Source: an uncultured Candidatus Saccharibacteria bacterium
GTDB lineage: Bacteria; Patescibacteriota; Minisyncoccia; Sungbacterales; HO2-52-23
Direction: 5' to 3'
DNA length: 64,000 bases
Assembly: GCA_964585475.1 (NCBI GenBank)
Contig: CAZPDF010000001.1
Location: 81,337 to 145,336, forward strand
Shown: positions 1-9,954 of the stretch, one piece after another
Position numbering within the stretch: the stretch's first letter is position 1
Layout: each line of letters starts with the position of its first letter
Program-made: the position numbers and the translations under genes
The notes under the pieces: model-generated
What the model was told of the DNA's origin: nothing
The model's input: the letters and a program-made list of their open reading frames with translations, nothing else
Databases searched by the model: none

Positions 1-1
1 G

Positions 2-76
2 GTATTGGAGAAAGAGCCAGGAAACGCAAGCGTTATTTTAACCATAGAGGCGCTAAAAAAAGGAAGCGGTAGGTAG
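2..76 (+). CDS. 3' end of a gene entering the window (VLEKEPGNASVILTIEALKKGSGR*), possibly a TPR-like C-terminus
   Basis: Open frame read by hand to TAG at 74-76; product is a guess from a short motif. Confidence 0.4.
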   Translation, partial: VLEKEPGNASVILTIEALKKGSGR

Positions 77-83
77 CACAATT

Positions 84-277
84 GGACTGGTAGTGAGTAA
101 ACCCGCAAACGTCATTCTGAGCGTAGCGAAGAATCTGACGCGAAGCGTCATCCTGAGGCGTTAGCCGAAGGATCTCCTCCATATTTTAGGGGCCCCTTCG
201 CTTCGCTCAGGGCTCGCTCCGCTCGACTTCATTCAGGATGACAGCTAGAAACGCGCCATGTTACTCGCTACTAGTTC
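84..277. mobile_element. Composite MITE-like element (family E) containing GTCATTCTGAGC/CAGGATGAC REP-like hairpins (family B)
   Basis: Termini GGACTGGTAGTGAGTAA / TTACTCGCTACTAGTTC; both ends homologous to the copy at 11799-11971. Confidence 0.8.
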
Positions 278-295
278 ATTGTGTTTCAGGTTACA

Positions 296-322
296 AAGAA
301 AGGCGCTTTTAGCGCCTTTCTT
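296..322. terminator. Probable intrinsic terminator hairpin
   Basis: AAGAAAGGCGCT-ttt-AGCGCCTTTCTT perfect 12-bp stem followed by T-rich sequence. Confidence 0.6.
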
Positions 323-355
323 GTGTTTTTAGGAGGGTATTGCTACGAATATGGT

Positions 356-1765
356 ATGTTTCGCAAGGCCGCTTTAATTTTCATATTAATCTTTGCGCCG
401 GCGCCTGCTTTGGCCTCAGGTGTTTTAATCAATGAAATCGCCTGGATGGGAACGGAAGTATCCACCGCCGACGAATGGATTGAACTGCGAAACGAGGGCA
501 CAGGTGATGTGGATTTGGCCGGGTGGCGGCTTGAATGGAGGGGTGGGGAGTACGGCATTACGTTCAGCATAGGAAACGGAACCGGAAAGTGTTCCACCAC
601 GCTGTTTCCTGCCAGCGGATACTTTTTGCTTGAGCGAACGGATGATACCACCCTCCCCAATGTTTCTGCTGATTGCCTTTATGCGGGGGCCCTTTCAAAT
701 GAGGGCGATATTGTAGTTTTGAAGGATCCATCCGGCACGGTTATAGATAGAATTGACGGTTCCAATGTCTGGAAGATCAACGGAGGAAGCGAGGTAGCAG
801 GAAATAATACTACTAAAGAAACCGCACAACGCAGTGCATCCGGTTGGATTACTGCCTCCCCCACGCCCCGTGCGCCAAATGCGGGAGTGCCTGCGTCATC
901 ATCCCCGTCGCCCCCTTCTTCATCCGGAACTTCAACGCCGGCCGCACCTGCTTCATCTTCTGCGCCGGCAATTGTTTATCCCGCGATTAAGGCCTATGCG
1001 GGGGAAGACCGCACGGCAATAGTGGGGGAGCTGGTTGAATTTGTTGGCCGGGCCGCAGGGATCGATAATAAGCCATTAGAGAACGCTCGATTTTGGTGGA
1101 ATTTCGGGGATGGTGAGGCCATCGAAGGCCGCGTCGTTTCCCATATTTTTAGGATTACCGGAACGTATACTGTGGGTCTTCACGTATCCTCTGCCGAATA
1201 CGCGGCATCGGATTATCTTAGAATAGAGGCCACTCCTAACCAAATTGTGGTAAAAAACGTTCTAATAGGAGAGGGCGGATCGCTCCGTCTTAAAAACGAA
1301 GGAAATACAGAGGTTGAGATCGGCGGATGGATTTTGGAGGATGCCGATGCAAATAGATTCCAAATTCCGCCTAAGACGCGGCTCGCAGAAGGAGCTGAAG
1401 TTTCGTTCGCCAGCTCCGTAACCGGCCTCTTTCGTTCCGGAGGGACGGCGCTTAAACTTTATTATCCGAATTCGAAGCTTGCGCTTGAATGGAAAGGAGA
1501 AAAAGCCAAAACTTCGCAGACGAGTACGTTCGTGGAGGAGAAAAAGTTGCCTGTCATGGCCGTTTCTCCGCCAGCGCCAATGCCATTCCAGAAAAATGTC
1601 GAGAGTGTTATAGTTGAAGAGACGAAGGCCGCGAGAGATAATAAAAATACAGCGCAAGTTTCAAATTTCTCCGCGTTCAATACGTCCGTCTTCTTTATTT
1701 TTGCTATAATTCTTAGCGTTGCAGCGGCGGTTGGATTCCTGGTTATTAAGAAGTTCTATTTCTAG
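356..1765 (+). CDS. Secreted surface protein: lamin-tail domain, Ser/Pro linker, PKD domain, second LTD-like domain, C-terminal TM anchor
   Basis: Signal peptide from ATG 356; INEIAWMG..DEWIELRN..VDLAGW (LTD); WNFGDG..SHIF..GTYTVGL (PKD); hydrophobic C-terminus. Confidence 0.8.
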   Translation: MFRKAALIFILIFAPAPALASGVLINEIAWMGTEVSTADEWIELRNEGTGDVDLAGWRLEWRGGEYGITFSIGNGTGKCSTTLFPASGYFLLERTDDTTLPNVSADCLYAGALSNEGDIVVLKDPSGTVIDRIDGSNVWKINGGSEVAGNNTTKETAQRSASGWITASPTPRAPNAGVPASSSPSPPSSSGTSTPAAPASSSAPAIVYPAIKAYAGEDRTAIVGELVEFVGRAAGIDNKPLENARFWWNFGDGEAIEGRVVSHIFRITGTYTVGLHVSSAEYAASDYLRIEATPNQIVVKNVLIGEGGSLRLKNEGNTEVEIGGWILEDADANRFQIPPKTRLAEGAEVSFASSVTGLFRSGGTALKLYYPNSKLALEWKGEKAKTSQTSTFVEEKKLPVMAVSPPAPMPFQKNVESVIVEETKAARDNKNTAQVSNFSAFNTSVFFIFAIILSVAAAVGFLVIKKFYF

Positions 1766-1771
1766 CGGATA

Positions 1772-4252
1772 ATGGAAAAATCTAAAATTATCGTATTTTC
1801 CACCGCCTATCACCCATTTACAGGCGGTGCCGAGATTGCAATTCAGGAAGTATTGAGGCGGCTTCAAGACCGCTTTGACCCGCGCACAGAAAGGCCAAAT
1901 GAGCTAGGCGAGGCCAGCGGCCTTTTGTGCGGGGCTTCGCCCTCCGCACGGACCCCAAAAAGTAGTGGTAATACAAGGGAAAGTTCAAGCCCGTGCTCCG
2001 GGCTCCGTTTTTATATTGTAACTTCCCGTTTCAGGCGGGATTTACCAAAGATCGAAGAGCGACCCGAGGGAACCGTTATTCGGTTAGGGTTAGGGACACG
2101 TTTCGATAAATGGTTTCTCCCTTTTCTTGGTTTTTTTTCCGCCCGCAGAATCATTCGGTCAAATGTCAATGGTCAAACGTCAAATGTTGTCATGTGGGCC
2201 GTAGATATCGGGCAGGGGTCACTGGCAGCTGCGGTTTTCAAACTTTTTCATCCCCGCATCCCTTTAATTTTAACACTCCAATATGGATATGGAGCAGGAA
2301 GAGTTGTAGGGGGGCGACTTGGTCTTATTGGTGTGGCGTTTCGTTTCATGCTACGCCGCGCGGATTATGTCACAGCGATTTCAATATACTTATTAAATCT
2401 CGCGAAGAACCATGGATATAGAGGGTCGGGAAGCATAGTGCATAATGGAGTAGATATAGAAAAGTTCACCCCGTCATTCGACCGGGTGCCCCGTCGAATG
2501 ACGGGGCAAAATCCAAATTCTAAAACAGTAATCACTGTCTCCCGGTTGGTGCCCAAAAATGGCATAGATACGCTGATTAGCGCCATAGTCGAAGTTAAAA
2601 AATCAATCCCACAAATTCGTTGCCACATTCTTGGTGAAGGACCAGAAAAAGAAAGTTTAAAGTCACAAGTTAAAAGTTTAAAGTTGGATGAGAATGTCGA
2701 GTTTTTTGGGAATGTTCCGTATGACGAGATATCGAAATATCTTCACGAAGCCGATGTTTTTGTAAGGGCCTCGCGCTCGGAGGGCATGGGGAATGCATTT
2801 GTTGAAGCGTTGGCGGCAGGTGTCCCGATTATTGGCACGCCGGTTGAGGGAATACTTGATATTATTCAGGATGGCAAGACCGGTTTTTTTGCGCGGGTGG
2901 ACGATCCCAACGATCTTGCGCAAAAAATCGTCTATGTCCTTCAAAATGAAAAGGAGAGCGAGCAGAGCGTTACGGAAGGAAGACGAATGGTTGAAGAAAA
3001 ATTTTCCTGGAATGGGATCGCGCAAAAATACAGGTTTATTTTCGACCGCTACTATAGAGGCGAAACCTCTATAGTATCTATAGAGGTTTCGCCTCTCCGT
3101 ATAGTTATTGCCACCCCTCTTTATCCGCCACAGCTTGGGGGGCCAGCAATTTATGCAAAGAATTTAGGTGAGGAATTTTCTCGCTTAAGGCATCAAGTAT
3201 CCATTGTTTCCTTTGGTAAGTTTTTGCGTCTGCCGTCTTTGGTCAGGCATTTTCTTTATTTTTTTAAGGTTTTTCGTAGTTCCATTGGCGCGGATATTAT
3301 TTTTGCCCTGGATTATTTTAGCGTTGGGGCGCCGGCCGCCCTCGCCGCCCTGCTTTTATGTAAGCCACTCGTCATCCGCGTAGAAGGCGATTTTTTGTGG
3401 GAGAGTTATGTCGAGCGAAGAAGGAGCGATACAACTCTTTCTATGTTTTACCCCGCTAGAAGTCAGCCCCGACGTGACGTCGGGGCTGCCGTTCCGCCGG
3501 TGGCGGAACGGACTTCTAACGGGGCTTACCGGAATCTCCCGAGATTGTCGGCCAAAGAGCGAGTGATCCATTTTATAAGCCGGTGGGTACTTGGACGCTC
3601 GCGCATTCTTGTTTTTTCTTCGGAATGGCGCCGCGAGATGGTTGTCGGCTCACGCGGCCATCTCCGCAAGAAGTCGATAATTATCGGGAATGTATGGCCT
3701 CCGCTTCTCGAAAATCTTTCGGCAGTTTCTCAAGGATCTCGTGTAATTCTTTGGGCCGGCCGCATGCTTTATTTAAAAAATCTATATCGTCTGCTCCGCG
3801 CGTTTTCCCGACTAAAATCTGATTACGAACTGCATTTGGTAGGGGATGGTCCGGAAGCGGAACGGCTAAAAAACTTTGTCACGCAGGAACGGATCAAGAA
3901 AGTTTTCTTTTTTCCCAAACTCCCGCATGAGGCGCTGCTTAAGAAAATGCGTGAGGCGGCATTTTTTGTTCTGCCCTCGCTTTCCGAGGTGGGCCCGAAC
4001 GTGATTGCTGATGCGGCATCTTCAGGAACCCCTTTTATTATGACGAGAGAGTCGGGTTATGCCGAGTATGCCAAGGATTTTGGAATTTTCGTTGATCCGC
4101 TCAATGAAAATGAGCTCACGCAAAAGTTGGGGATGCTAATGGAGGAGACCGCGCGCTATAATATAAGAAAGGGAATTATTAAATTCTACAGCGCCTATAC
4201 ATGGGGCGAGGCTGCTCAAGAATGGATTCAAGTATTCTCAAAGGTTCTATGA
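1772..4252 (+). CDS. Tandem GT4-GT4 glycosyltransferase fusion carrying several in-frame repeat insertions
   Basis: Two GT-B units (GGAE..SRSEGMGNAFVEALAAG; GGPA..LPSLSEVGPNVIADA). Confidence 0.9.
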   Translation: MEKSKIIVFSTAYHPFTGGAEIAIQEVLRRLQDRFDPRTERPNELGEASGLLCGASPSARTPKSSGNTRESSSPCSGLRFYIVTSRFRRDLPKIEERPEGTVIRLGLGTRFDKWFLPFLGFFSARRIIRSNVNGQTSNVVMWAVDIGQGSLAAAVFKLFHPRIPLILTLQYGYGAGRVVGGRLGLIGVAFRFMLRRADYVTAISIYLLNLAKNHGYRGSGSIVHNGVDIEKFTPSFDRVPRRMTGQNPNSKTVITVSRLVPKNGIDTLISAIVEVKKSIPQIRCHILGEGPEKESLKSQVKSLKLDENVEFFGNVPYDEISKYLHEADVFVRASRSEGMGNAFVEALAAGVPIIGTPVEGILDIIQDGKTGFFARVDDPNDLAQKIVYVLQNEKESEQSVTEGRRMVEEKFSWNGIAQKYRFIFDRYYRGETSIVSIEVSPLRIVIATPLYPPQLGGPAIYAKNLGEEFSRLRHQVSIVSFGKFLRLPSLVRHFLYFFKVFRSSIGADIIFALDYFSVGAPAALAALLLCKPLVIRVEGDFLWESYVERRRSDTTLSMFYPARSQPRRDVGAAVPPVAERTSNGAYRNLPRLSAKERVIHFISRWVLGRSRILVFSSEWRREMVVGSRGHLRKKSIIIGNVWPPLLENLSAVSQGSRVILWAGRMLYLKNLYRLLRAFSRLKSDYELHLVGDGPEAERLKNFVTQERIKKVFFFPKLPHEALLKKMREAAFFVLPSLSEVGPNVIADAASSGTPFIMTRESGYAEYAKDFGIFVDPLNENELTQKLGMLMEETARYNIRKGIIKFYSAYTWGEAAQEWIQVFSKVL
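1879..2002. repeat. Two adjacent imperfect palindromic elements inserted in-frame in the GT4 (about 43 aa, DPRTER...PCSGL)
   Basis: CCCGCGCACAGAAAGGCC/GGCCTTTTGTGCGGGG, then CCCTCCGCACGG/CCGTGCTCCGGG; preceded by TTGA. Confidence 0.7.
2469..2506. repeat. CCCCG...CGGGG hairpin element, in-frame in the GT4
   Basis: CCCCGTCATTCGAC / GTCGAATGACGGGG perfect 14-bp IR, preceded by TTCA; no clear duplication. Confidence 0.8.
3056..3096. repeat. Perfect 19-bp-arm palindrome at the junction of the two GT4 domains
   Basis: AGAGGCGAAACCTCTATAG-tat-CTATAGAGGTTTCGCCTCT. Confidence 0.85.
3451..3524. mobile_element. Family A MITE-like element, in-frame (PARSQ...TSNG)
   Basis: CCCCGCTAGAAGTC / GACTTCTAACGGGG, two internal hairpins, flanks TTTA/CTTA. 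Confidence 0.9.
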
Positions 4253-4294
4253 ATCCCGCACATAATTTGGACTACTAATTTGTAAGAGATCGGA

Positions 4295-4426
4295 GCGTTG
4301 TTACATATTTCATCGACCTTCAACCGTCATTCTGAACGCAGTGAAGAATCTCTATATATTTACTGGTGATTTGAGATCCTTCGCTTCGCTCAGGATGACG
4401 ATTAAATAAAGAATGTAAACAACACG
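4295..4426. mobile_element. Family D element (CGTTGTT(T)ACA ends) containing a family B REP-like hairpin
   Basis: GCGTTGTTACAT / ATGTAAACAACACG; inner GTCATTCTGAACGCAGTGAAGAATCT / AGATCCTTCGCTTCGCTCAGGATGAC. Confidence 0.75.
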
Positions 4427-4543
4427 ATTAATTCCCACAACTAATTATCAAATAGCATATTTTATAATCATTGCTTGGCGTTCTGGGTTGTGTATAACTG
4501 CTAAGTCATCCACAGCTGCATAATTGTCTAAGTTATGTGCGGG

Positions 4544-5704
4544 ATGAAAATCCTTGTCATAGGGGGCGATCCGAGTATTTTTAATAAGGATTCGGAGAAT
4601 TTTTCCCGCATCAGCGAATATGCGGGGCTTTTTGACGAACTGCATATTGTCTCTTTTACTGCCCCCGGATTCAAAAAAGCCGAATTTAGCCCGAATCTCT
4701 TTCTTTATCCCACCAATACTTTTTTTGCGCCGTTGAGAGCATGGGATGCATACCGTATAGGGCGGAATATCGCCAAGGCCAGGCAGGTAGATATTATTGA
4801 TGCGCAGGATTCGGGGGAAGCGGGGCTTGTCGCATATCTCATTTCACGAATCACAAAAATTCCGTTTCGTATCCAAATCCACACGGATATTTTTAGCCCG
4901 TATTACCGTCGCGCATCGTGGAAAGAGCGCGTGCGTTTTATGCTGGCCAAATTTCTTATTCCGCGGGCAAATTGTATCCGGGTGGTGAGCGAGAGGATCA
5001 AAAGTTCGATAATTTCCAATTTCCCCGCCTTCGCCGAGGCTACGGCGGGCAGGCAATTTCCAATTTCCAAAATATCGGTACTCCCGATATTTACTGACAT
5101 ATCTAAATTCATTGAAGCAAAACCCGATCCGCGGATTGAGGATCGATTCCGCAATTACGATTTTAAGATGGTTGCGGTGGGGCGCCTGCTGGATAAAGAG
5201 AAAAATTTCAGCATGTTGATTGAAGTGATGCGGGATTTTATAAAGATATGCCCCAAAGCCGTCTTAGCGCTTGTGGGGAGTGGGTCTGATGAGGAAAAGT
5301 ACCGAATTCTTATCAAGCGGTATGGGCTTGAAAATCATGTTATCATAGAGCCATGGCGCGATGATTTGCCTTCGTTTCTCAAATCCTTTGACCTTTTCCT
5401 GCTTCCGTCTAACTACGAAGGGTGGGGCCGAGCGGTCACTGAAGCCATGGCCGCGGGTTTGCCGGTCGTAATGACCGACGTCGGGCTTGCCGGAGAAATA
5501 GTGAAAGAAGGGGTAAACGGTATCGTGGTTCCGGTGGGTGATAAAAAATCTTTTCTCCGCGTTCTCACCGAGCTTTATCAAAATCCGGGAAAAAGAAAAA
5601 ACCTGGCTTTGGCCGGAGAAAACTCGGTGAAGAATTTAAACCCCAAAACAAAAGAAGAGTACCTCGGCGCATATGAGAAAAGTATGCGCTCATGTCTTTT
5701 ATGA
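4544..5704 (+). CDS. GT4 glycosyltransferase
   Basis: LPSNYEGWGRAVTEAMAAGLPVV motif; ATG 4544 chosen as start. Confidence 0.9.
   Translation: MKILVIGGDPSIFNKDSENFSRISEYAGLFDELHIVSFTAPGFKKAEFSPNLFLYPTNTFFAPLRAWDAYRIGRNIAKARQVDIIDAQDSGEAGLVAYLISRITKIPFRIQIHTDIFSPYYRRASWKERVRFMLAKFLIPRANCIRVVSERIKSSIISNFPAFAEATAGRQFPISKISVLPIFTDISKFIEAKPDPRIEDRFRNYDFKMVAVGRLLDKEKNFSMLIEVMRDFIKICPKAVLALVGSGSDEEKYRILIKRYGLENHVIIEPWRDDLPSFLKSFDLFLLPSNYEGWGRAVTEAMAAGLPVVMTDVGLAGEIVKEGVNGIVVPVGDKKSFLRVLTELYQNPGKRKNLALAGENSVKNLNPKTKEEYLGAYEKSMRSCLL
5024..5053. repeat. 30-bp hairpin (PAFAEATAGR) inserted in-frame within an (AATTTCC)4 array
   Basis: CCCGCC..GGCGGG stem; removing it restores a perfect heptamer array across 5011-5070. 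Confidence 0.8.
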
Positions 5705-6768
5705 AACTTTTAATTGTAACTCAAAAAATTGATAGAAATGATGAACTGCTCGGCTCCTTCCACCGCTGGGTGCAAGAATTTGCGAAGCATGCGGAACGCG
5801 TTTCGGTCATCGCCGGTTTTGTCGGCGAGTACAACTTTCCTAAAAAAGTTGAAGTCTTCTCTCTTGGGAAGGAAGCGGGCCGCGGAAAAATAGGAAGGGT
5901 TTGGAGATTCTGGGAGTTATTTTCGAAGCAATATGCTTCTTCCGATGCTGTTTTTTTTCACATGTGTCCGGAATTTGTGCTTGCAGCTTTTCCGTTTCTG
6001 GCGTCTCTCAAGAGAACCACCGGTCTATGGTACGTTCATCGACTTGCTACGCGAAAATTAAAAATGGCTGAGAGGATGACCGATTTTATCTTCAGCGCAT
6101 CCGAGTCCACGTTTCTACTCCCTTCCAAGAAGGCGGTGATAACCGGCCACGCCATAGACACAGAATTTTTCAAGCCGGCCGAGGGCTCGCGGCTGCCAAG
6201 CGGAGGCTTGCAGCTTCTTACTGTCGGCCGGATCTCCCCTGTAAAGAATCTTGAAACCATAATTCATGCCGCCGCCATTCTTAAAAGTAAATTAGAGATT
6301 CCCTGGATCCTATCAATAGTCGGCGCTCCATTTATGCCTAGGGATCACGAATATTTTACTAAGATGCGGTCTCTTGCAAAAGAATATGGGCTTGAGGGCC
6401 GGGTGGTGTTCCAGGGCGCTCGGCCGTATGGCGAGATGCCCTCTCTTTACCGGGAGCACGATTTGCTGATTTCTCTTACCCCCACGGGGTCTTTTGACAA
6501 AGCAGCGCTTGAAGCGATGTCCTGCGGGCTTACGATCGTTACCGCGAGTGCGGGTTTTAAGGATTTCATACCTGCGCGTTACGTTTTAGAACACTCAAGC
6601 CCGGAATTTCTGGCTGAAAGGGTGTTGGCGCTCGCCAAAGAGAATAGGCCGAATGTAGTACTTCGCGAGGCGGTGCTGAAATACCATAGTCTTGAAAAAA
6701 CCGTAAAAAAGATCGTCGAGTCGCTCGCGTTATTTAATGTCCCGTATCCAAATTTGCCCTTGTCATGA
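5701..6768 (+). CDS. GT4 glycosyltransferase
   Basis: VGRISPVKN, TGSFDKAALEAMSCG; ATGA overlap with the upstream gene. Confidence 0.9.
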   Translation: MKLLIVTQKIDRNDELLGSFHRWVQEFAKHAERVSVIAGFVGEYNFPKKVEVFSLGKEAGRGKIGRVWRFWELFSKQYASSDAVFFHMCPEFVLAAFPFLASLKRTTGLWYVHRLATRKLKMAERMTDFIFSASESTFLLPSKKAVITGHAIDTEFFKPAEGSRLPSGGLQLLTVGRISPVKNLETIIHAAAILKSKLEIPWILSIVGAPFMPRDHEYFTKMRSLAKEYGLEGRVVFQGARPYGEMPSLYREHDLLISLTPTGSFDKAALEAMSCGLTIVTASAGFKDFIPARYVLEHSSPEFLAERVLALAKENRPNVVLREAVLKYHSLEKTVKKIVESLALFNVPYPNLPLS

Positions 6769-8138
6769 TCATGCCGCTTGAATTAAAAAGTAATTTCGGA
6801 GGAGACAGGACTATTTTTTATGACGAAAACCGCAGCTCCGATAATTTCGGCGTCTTTTTTAATTCGCATAAAGAAATTAATCAGGACTCAATATTTGATT
6901 TTTTGCTCTTTGGCACGATTTTGCCGCCATCTGCACCCCTAGAAGGGGTAAACGTACTTATGCCGGGTGAGACGAGGATAGGCGGGGAATCCATGTCCGA
7001 GTATGAGAATCTCGGGCTAAAAATCAAAAAACAGGGTATCGAAGGATTTGTAAAAGATTTTGAAGAGTTTTTGGGTGAATATTTCAAGGAGAATTCGGAG
7101 CCCAATCCCGCGGTTCTGCTTTCCGGCGGCATTGACTCGGCAATCCTCCTAAGTTTTTTAGGGGCAGGTGCCACGTGTGTTACCTGGGGCGGCTGGGGCA
7201 GGGAATCGAGCGACGTTATATACTCACGGGACACCGCCGCTAAATTTGGTGTTAAAAACCATCATTTCGTTTATGCAGATTATGACAAGGATTTGGAGAT
7301 TTATCTTGAGGCCGTGGAAGAGATAAAAATTCCCATTCTTTTTCAGAACTCGGTACCGCACCTCCGTATGGCCGAATTCGCTAGGAATTTGGGGATTAGA
7401 AATTGCTTTATGGGGCAGAACGCCGATACGGTTCTTGTATCTTATCCTGCGCCGTTTCTGGTAAATAGACTCGCACGACTTAATAGATTTTTGCCATTTA
7501 ACCCTGCTTGGTTTTTAAGATCAAGAAAGAAATATTTATTTTCCACCCCGAGTATCGTTCGTCTTTTTGCCTATTTTAAGTCGTCGGGCCTTTTCCCTGG
7601 TCCGTGGATTAGGTTACCCGAGGGTTATTTTGAAAGAAAGGAGGCGTTGCTAAATGGTTTGATCTTTCGAGGAACTTCGATGCAAAGAGTTATATTAACC
7701 GAGGAACTTTTGACCGAGGCGCGCCGCAACCAAATATGCCAGAATGAGATGCCCGCTCTTTACGGCATTCGGGTGAGATGCCCTTACTATGAAAAAAAAT
7801 TTGTGGAACTTGCCTTATCCATTCCTGGCCTGCTTCGTAAAAAAGACGGTTACGGCAAGGTGATATTCAAGGAATTGGCAAGGAAGAGGGGGGTGCCGGA
7901 GATCATAATTAATAAAGAGAAAAGGGGATTAACTTACGGCGCGCGCGAATTTATAAGTAGGAAAATGCATATTCCCGTATGGGACAAAATGGGAAAAGAC
8001 GATTTTCTCAACAAGTTTATAAATATAGCATTAGTAAGGAGAGAGAAAGAGAATAACTTTGAAACCTTTGATTGCCTGCGCAGTCTTTATTACTGGGGCG
8101 AGCTTGTTTACAAGAAGCGTAACTTAACTTTGAAATAA
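6765..8138 (+). CDS. Asparagine synthase-related protein (ATP pyrophosphatase domain)
   Basis: LLSGGIDS PP-loop; C-terminal K..G motif; no clear N-terminal Cys glutaminase domain. Confidence 0.75.
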   Translation: MIMPLELKSNFGGDRTIFYDENRSSDNFGVFFNSHKEINQDSIFDFLLFGTILPPSAPLEGVNVLMPGETRIGGESMSEYENLGLKIKKQGIEGFVKDFEEFLGEYFKENSEPNPAVLLSGGIDSAILLSFLGAGATCVTWGGWGRESSDVIYSRDTAAKFGVKNHHFVYADYDKDLEIYLEAVEEIKIPILFQNSVPHLRMAEFARNLGIRNCFMGQNADTVLVSYPAPFLVNRLARLNRFLPFNPAWFLRSRKKYLFSTPSIVRLFAYFKSSGLFPGPWIRLPEGYFERKEALLNGLIFRGTSMQRVILTEELLTEARRNQICQNEMPALYGIRVRCPYYEKKFVELALSIPGLLRKKDGYGKVIFKELARKRGVPEIIINKEKRGLTYGAREFISRKMHIPVWDKMGKDDFLNKFINIALVRREKENNFETFDCLRSLYYWGELVYKKRNLTLK

Positions 8139-8149
8139 TTTTTGTATTT

Positions 8150-9244
8150 ATGGTGCATTCAGAGAATTTTGCCCCGGTGAAACTCTATGCTAACCGCAAG
8201 CTTGTTGGCGGGCGGAAAGATTATTCTCCGCTCCTTTTTCCGTTTTGGGGAGTTTCGGTTAGCCGAAGCGAGCCGTATCTTGAGGCGTTTTTCAAACGAC
8301 ACGGTTTTGATAAAAAATACTATACTCTGGTGCCGTCGCCGGCAGACGCAGACTTTGTATTCGTTCCCATAAATTACTGGCGTCTTAAGCAAAGCGACCC
8401 CGGCCTTCTTGATGCATTTGTGGCTGAATCCTGTCGTTTCAATAAACCCCTGCTCGTCGCCGCCTACGGCGACCCCATGGAAGATATTCTTATTGAGCGC
8501 AGTATTATTTTGCGCCTCGGCCACTATCGCTCGCGGCTTAAGGAAAGCGATGTCATAATGCCAACGTACAGCGAGGACCTTCTTGAGTCATACTGCGGAG
8601 GCGAACTTCGGCTTCTGCAAAAAAAAGAAATTCCCTCGGTTGGGTTTGCGGGCTGGGCGGATCTGCCGTTTTTAAAATATCCCAAAACTCATTTGCGGGA
8701 TTGGGGTATGCGTGCATGGAGTCTTTTAAGTCCAAAATACGAGGTGTTCCGCAAGGGCGTTTTTTGGCGTATAGAAGCGATCAAAGTTCTTGAGGAAACC
8801 TCCGGAATTAAGACAAATTTCATCAAACGAAGTTCGTTTTCCGGTCATCGCCAAACCATGGAAATAGACGCCGAAACCCTGCGCCGGGAATTCGTGCAGA
8901 ACCTGCTTTCTTCCGACTACAATCTTGATGTGCGGGGGGATGCAAATCAATCCACGCGCTTTTGCGAGATGTTGAGTTTAGGCCGCATACCGCTCTATCT
9001 TGATACGGAGCGGGTACAACCGCTGGAGCACCTCATTGACTATAAAAAAATTTGTGTATGGGTTGATTACCGTGAGATTGATCGAATCGGCGAGATTTTG
9101 CTGGATTTTCACAGAAGTGTAAGTCCGGAAGAGTTTGCGACTCGACAGAAACGCGCACGGGAAGTCTTTGAAAAGTATCTTCGCATCGATAGGTTTACCA
9201 AGTATTTGATGTCTACGTTAAAGGAGAAAGTACGCTCGTTATGA
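8150..9244 (+). CDS. Exostosin-like (GT47) glycosyltransferase
   Basis: SDYNLDVRGDANQSTRFCEMLSLGRIP resembles the exostosin C-terminal motif. Confidence 0.7.
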   Translation: MVHSENFAPVKLYANRKLVGGRKDYSPLLFPFWGVSVSRSEPYLEAFFKRHGFDKKYYTLVPSPADADFVFVPINYWRLKQSDPGLLDAFVAESCRFNKPLLVAAYGDPMEDILIERSIILRLGHYRSRLKESDVIMPTYSEDLLESYCGGELRLLQKKEIPSVGFAGWADLPFLKYPKTHLRDWGMRAWSLLSPKYEVFRKGVFWRIEAIKVLEETSGIKTNFIKRSSFSGHRQTMEIDAETLRREFVQNLLSSDYNLDVRGDANQSTRFCEMLSLGRIPLYLDTERVQPLEHLIDYKKICVWVDYREIDRIGEILLDFHRSVSPEEFATRQKRAREVFEKYLRIDRFTKYLMSTLKEKVRSL

Positions 9245-9298
9245 TATAACAGAAGGAGCGGAGTTTGTATAAGTGTAAAAATATGATTAATTTCAAAC

Positions 9299-9856
9299 AT
9301 GAACATACTTGTTTCGAGTTGGCGTAGACGTCAACTTCTTGAGGCCTATACCCTAGGAGGCGTTTTTTCCCCCGGCGTTTTGGTTTTGGACATCGGCTGC
9401 GGAAACGGAGAGATGGGGAGGGCCGTAGCCCAAGCTTTCGGGGTTCGCGTGGAAGGGGCGGACATCGTTAATCTATTGGAAGAGGACTTGTCATTCCATG
9501 CTTTGCCGGAAAGTTGGGAAAAGTGGCCAGTGCAGTATTTTGATGTGACCATGCTCAACGATGCCCTGCATCATATGAGTCCGGATACGCAAATATCTAC
9601 GCTAGGACATGCTTTGCGGGTCGGCAAAAAGGTTTTGATTTTCGAGACCCGCCCTACAATGCTCGCCAAGTTTCTTGACGTGGTCATGGGCCGCTTTGTT
9701 TACGGAGGCAGAGAGACGATAACATTGACCCATCGAGAGCCGGAGGCATGGACGCAGATATTAAAAGAGCTGGGATGGCGGACAAGATTGTATGATTTGC
9801 CAAGGCCCTTCTTTTATCCGTTACGTCATTTCGTTCTTGTGGTTGAACCTCGTTAG
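9299..9856 (+). CDS. Class I SAM-dependent methyltransferase
   Basis: VLDIGCGNG; the stop codon lies within the adjacent repeat element. Confidence 0.85.
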   Translation: MNILVSSWRRRQLLEAYTLGGVFSPGVLVLDIGCGNGEMGRAVAQAFGVRVEGADIVNLLEEDLSFHALPESWEKWPVQYFDVTMLNDALHHMSPDTQISTLGHALRVGKKVLIFETRPTMLAKFLDVVMGRFVYGGRETITLTHREPEAWTQILKELGWRTRLYDLPRPFFYPLRHFVLVVEPR

Positions 9857-9923
9857 AGAGAAACGCGGGGTGCCACTTTAAGAAACAGAGAAAATAAACA
9901 TCCGATGTTTCTCTCTAACGGGG
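9848..9923. mobile_element. Family A-like element overlapping the methyltransferase stop codon
   Basis: CCTCGTTAGAGAGAAAC / GTTTCTCTCTAACGGGG (16/17 IR). Confidence 0.8.
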
Positions 9924-9954
9924 CGAGCGCCAGCCTTAACGTAACTTTCTTTTT

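Noticed and set aside
281-355. Extended N-termini in the ORF track (also 36425, 53805, 58146, 58965)
   Set aside because: They run through terminators, repeats or upstream genes; downstream ATGs match the domain starts or ATGA overlaps
895-970. Ser/Pro/Ala-rich low-complexity stretch
   Set aside because: An ordinary flexible linker between LTD and PKD domains
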